DNA from: Ruthenibacterium lactatiformans
Lineage (GTDB): Bacteria > Bacillota > Clostridia > Oscillospirales > Ruminococcaceae
Direction of reading: 5' to 3'
Assembly: GCF_000949455.1 (NCBI RefSeq)
Contig: NZ_JXXK01000020.1
Span: 10,314-42,313 of the forward strand
DNA: 32,000 nucleotides
Below the pieces are notes generated by a model. That model was given only the letters and a program-made list of their open reading frames with translations. It ran no database searches and was not told the origin of the DNA. Every line of letters begins with the position of its first letter. Position 1 is the first letter of the stretch. This document shows, piece after piece, positions 31,107-32,000 of the stretch. Position numbers and translations under genes: made by a program.

Positions 31107-32000
31107 ATGCCTCACTTCGCCTACCGCGCTGAACTGAAAGGTCCCGGCCCGCTGGATAAGGTGGACTTTTCCAATCCGGCGCTGGCTCCGCTGATACGGA
31201 TGACCGCCTCCAATCTGCAAAGGGAAGCCCGTGAGTGGGCTGCTGCCCCGCCGCCGGGGGTGCAGGTACGACGGCAGGAGATCCCGGTACCCGGAGCCCC
31301 TGACCTGCCTTGTTATGTGGTGGAACCCCGGGAGGAAAGGTCCCCTGTCGGATTGCTCTACTGCCATGGCGGTGCCTTTTTCCTGCCGGTTCAGGCTGCT
31401 GCGCTGCGGTTGGCTGCCAGGTATGCGGCGGCGCTGGGGGCGCGGGTGGTGCTGCCGGAATATCGCCTGCTGCCCGACTTCCGGGCTCCGGCGGCTTTCT
31501 GGGACTGTTTGGCCGCATGGGCTGCGCTGAATGAAGGCCGGTTCGGTCCTGTGGGAACAACCTTGCTTTATGGCGAAAGTGCCGGCGGCGCCTTGGCTGC
31601 GGGGGTGGCATTGTACGCACGGGACCACGGTCTGCTCCGGCCCGGGGGAATAAGCCTGATTTACCCGGTGCTGGACGACCTGCGGGGAAGCTATCCTTCC
31701 CGCCGTAGCTGCGATGGAGCTGCCTGGACACTGCGGTCAGAACGGTTCATGTGGCAGGCCTATCTGCCCGATCCTGCGGCCATGAGGGAACTGGAAGCCT
31801 ACCTGGTGCCTATGCGAGCCACCGACGTGGGCGGCCTGCCTTCGGTGTATATCGAACCTCAGGAGTTTGATATCCTTCGGGACGAGGCGTTGGCTTTTGC
31901 CCAAAGGCTGGAGGAAGCGGGCGTACCGGTGAGCAGAAACCTCATCCAAGGCTCTTACCACGGATTCGATGCCGATACACATAACCCTTTTGTGCGCAGA
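31107..32000 (+). CDS. Alpha/beta-hydrolase fold esterase/lipase (HSL family), 3' end outside the window
   Basis: Not on the ORF track because no stop is reached. ATG lies 9 nt after AGGAG. Own translation gives the oxyanion motif CHGGAFF and the nucleophile elbow GESAGG, then YHGFD near the window end. Confidence 0.8.
   Translation, partial: MPHFAYRAELKGPGPLDKVDFSNPALAPLIRMTASNLQREAREWAAAPPPGVQVRRQEIPVPGAPDLPCYVVEPREERSPVGLLYCHGGAFFLPVQAAALRLAARYAAALGARVVLPEYRLLPDFRAPAAFWDCLAAWAALNEGRFGPVGTTLLYGESAGGALAAGVALYARDHGLLRPGGISLIYPVLDDLRGSYPSRRSCDGAAWTLRSERFMWQAYLPDPAAMRELEAYLVPMRATDVGGLPSVYIEPQEFDILRDEALAFAQRLEEAGVPVSRNLIQGSYHGFDADTHNPFVRR

Noticed and set aside
1-32000. Search for CRISPR arrays, tRNA/rRNA genes, IS elements, integrase/recombinase genes and long tandem repeats
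   Set aside because: None were seen. There are no regularly spaced repeats, no cloverleaf-like or rRNA-like segments in the few intergenic gaps, and no transposase- or recombinase-like ORFs.

Overview
All calls come from reading the sequence and recalling motifs; no searches were run. The window has two parts. (1) Positions 1 to ~21.1 kb are a co-oriented plus-strand segment of a Firmicutes-type conjugative element (ICE). It looks Tn1549-like, similar to the C. difficile CTn2/CTn4/CTn5 group, and is open at the left edge. Gene order: sortase 3' end, DUF3846 protein, divergent SAM synthetase (MetK), DUF3991/Toprim protein, a YdcK-like beta-helix fusion protein, an orphan beta-class DNA methyltransferase and a small Rossmann-like protein. 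These are followed by a palindrome-rich candidate oriT, then MobC, an unknown 250-aa ORF, a MobA/VirD2-type relaxase, DUF4314 and PcfB. A ~2-kb insert (small ORF, PAPS-reductase-like PP-loop protein, DUF4240) comes next, then the VirD4 coupling protein, Maff2, a VirB6/TrbL-like protein, PrgI and VirB4. A ~2.1-kb lower-GC cassette bracketed by a 9-nt direct repeat follows, carrying an XRE regulator, a 68-aa ORF and a ComEC-type MBL lipoprotein. The last gene is a TM-anchored M23 hydrolase whose 3' end appears cut off at an abrupt AT-rich junction. There is no integrase, tRNA, rRNA or CRISPR array in the window. (2) Positions ~21.3-32 kb are a chromosomal sugar/organic-acid locus. A minus-strand operon (GH42-like hydrolase, GPH symporter, GarR-like reductase, 2-hydroxyacid dehydrogenase) is divergent from an AraC regulator, followed by a GH2 enzyme with a glucuronidase-like N-x-K motif and a partial HSL-type esterase. 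The high GC content and gene content suggest a gut Clostridia host (Oscillospiraceae-like), but this is inference only. The most interesting candidates for undescribed biology are the two accessory inserts in the transfer backbone and the leading-region-like gene set upstream of the oriT candidate.
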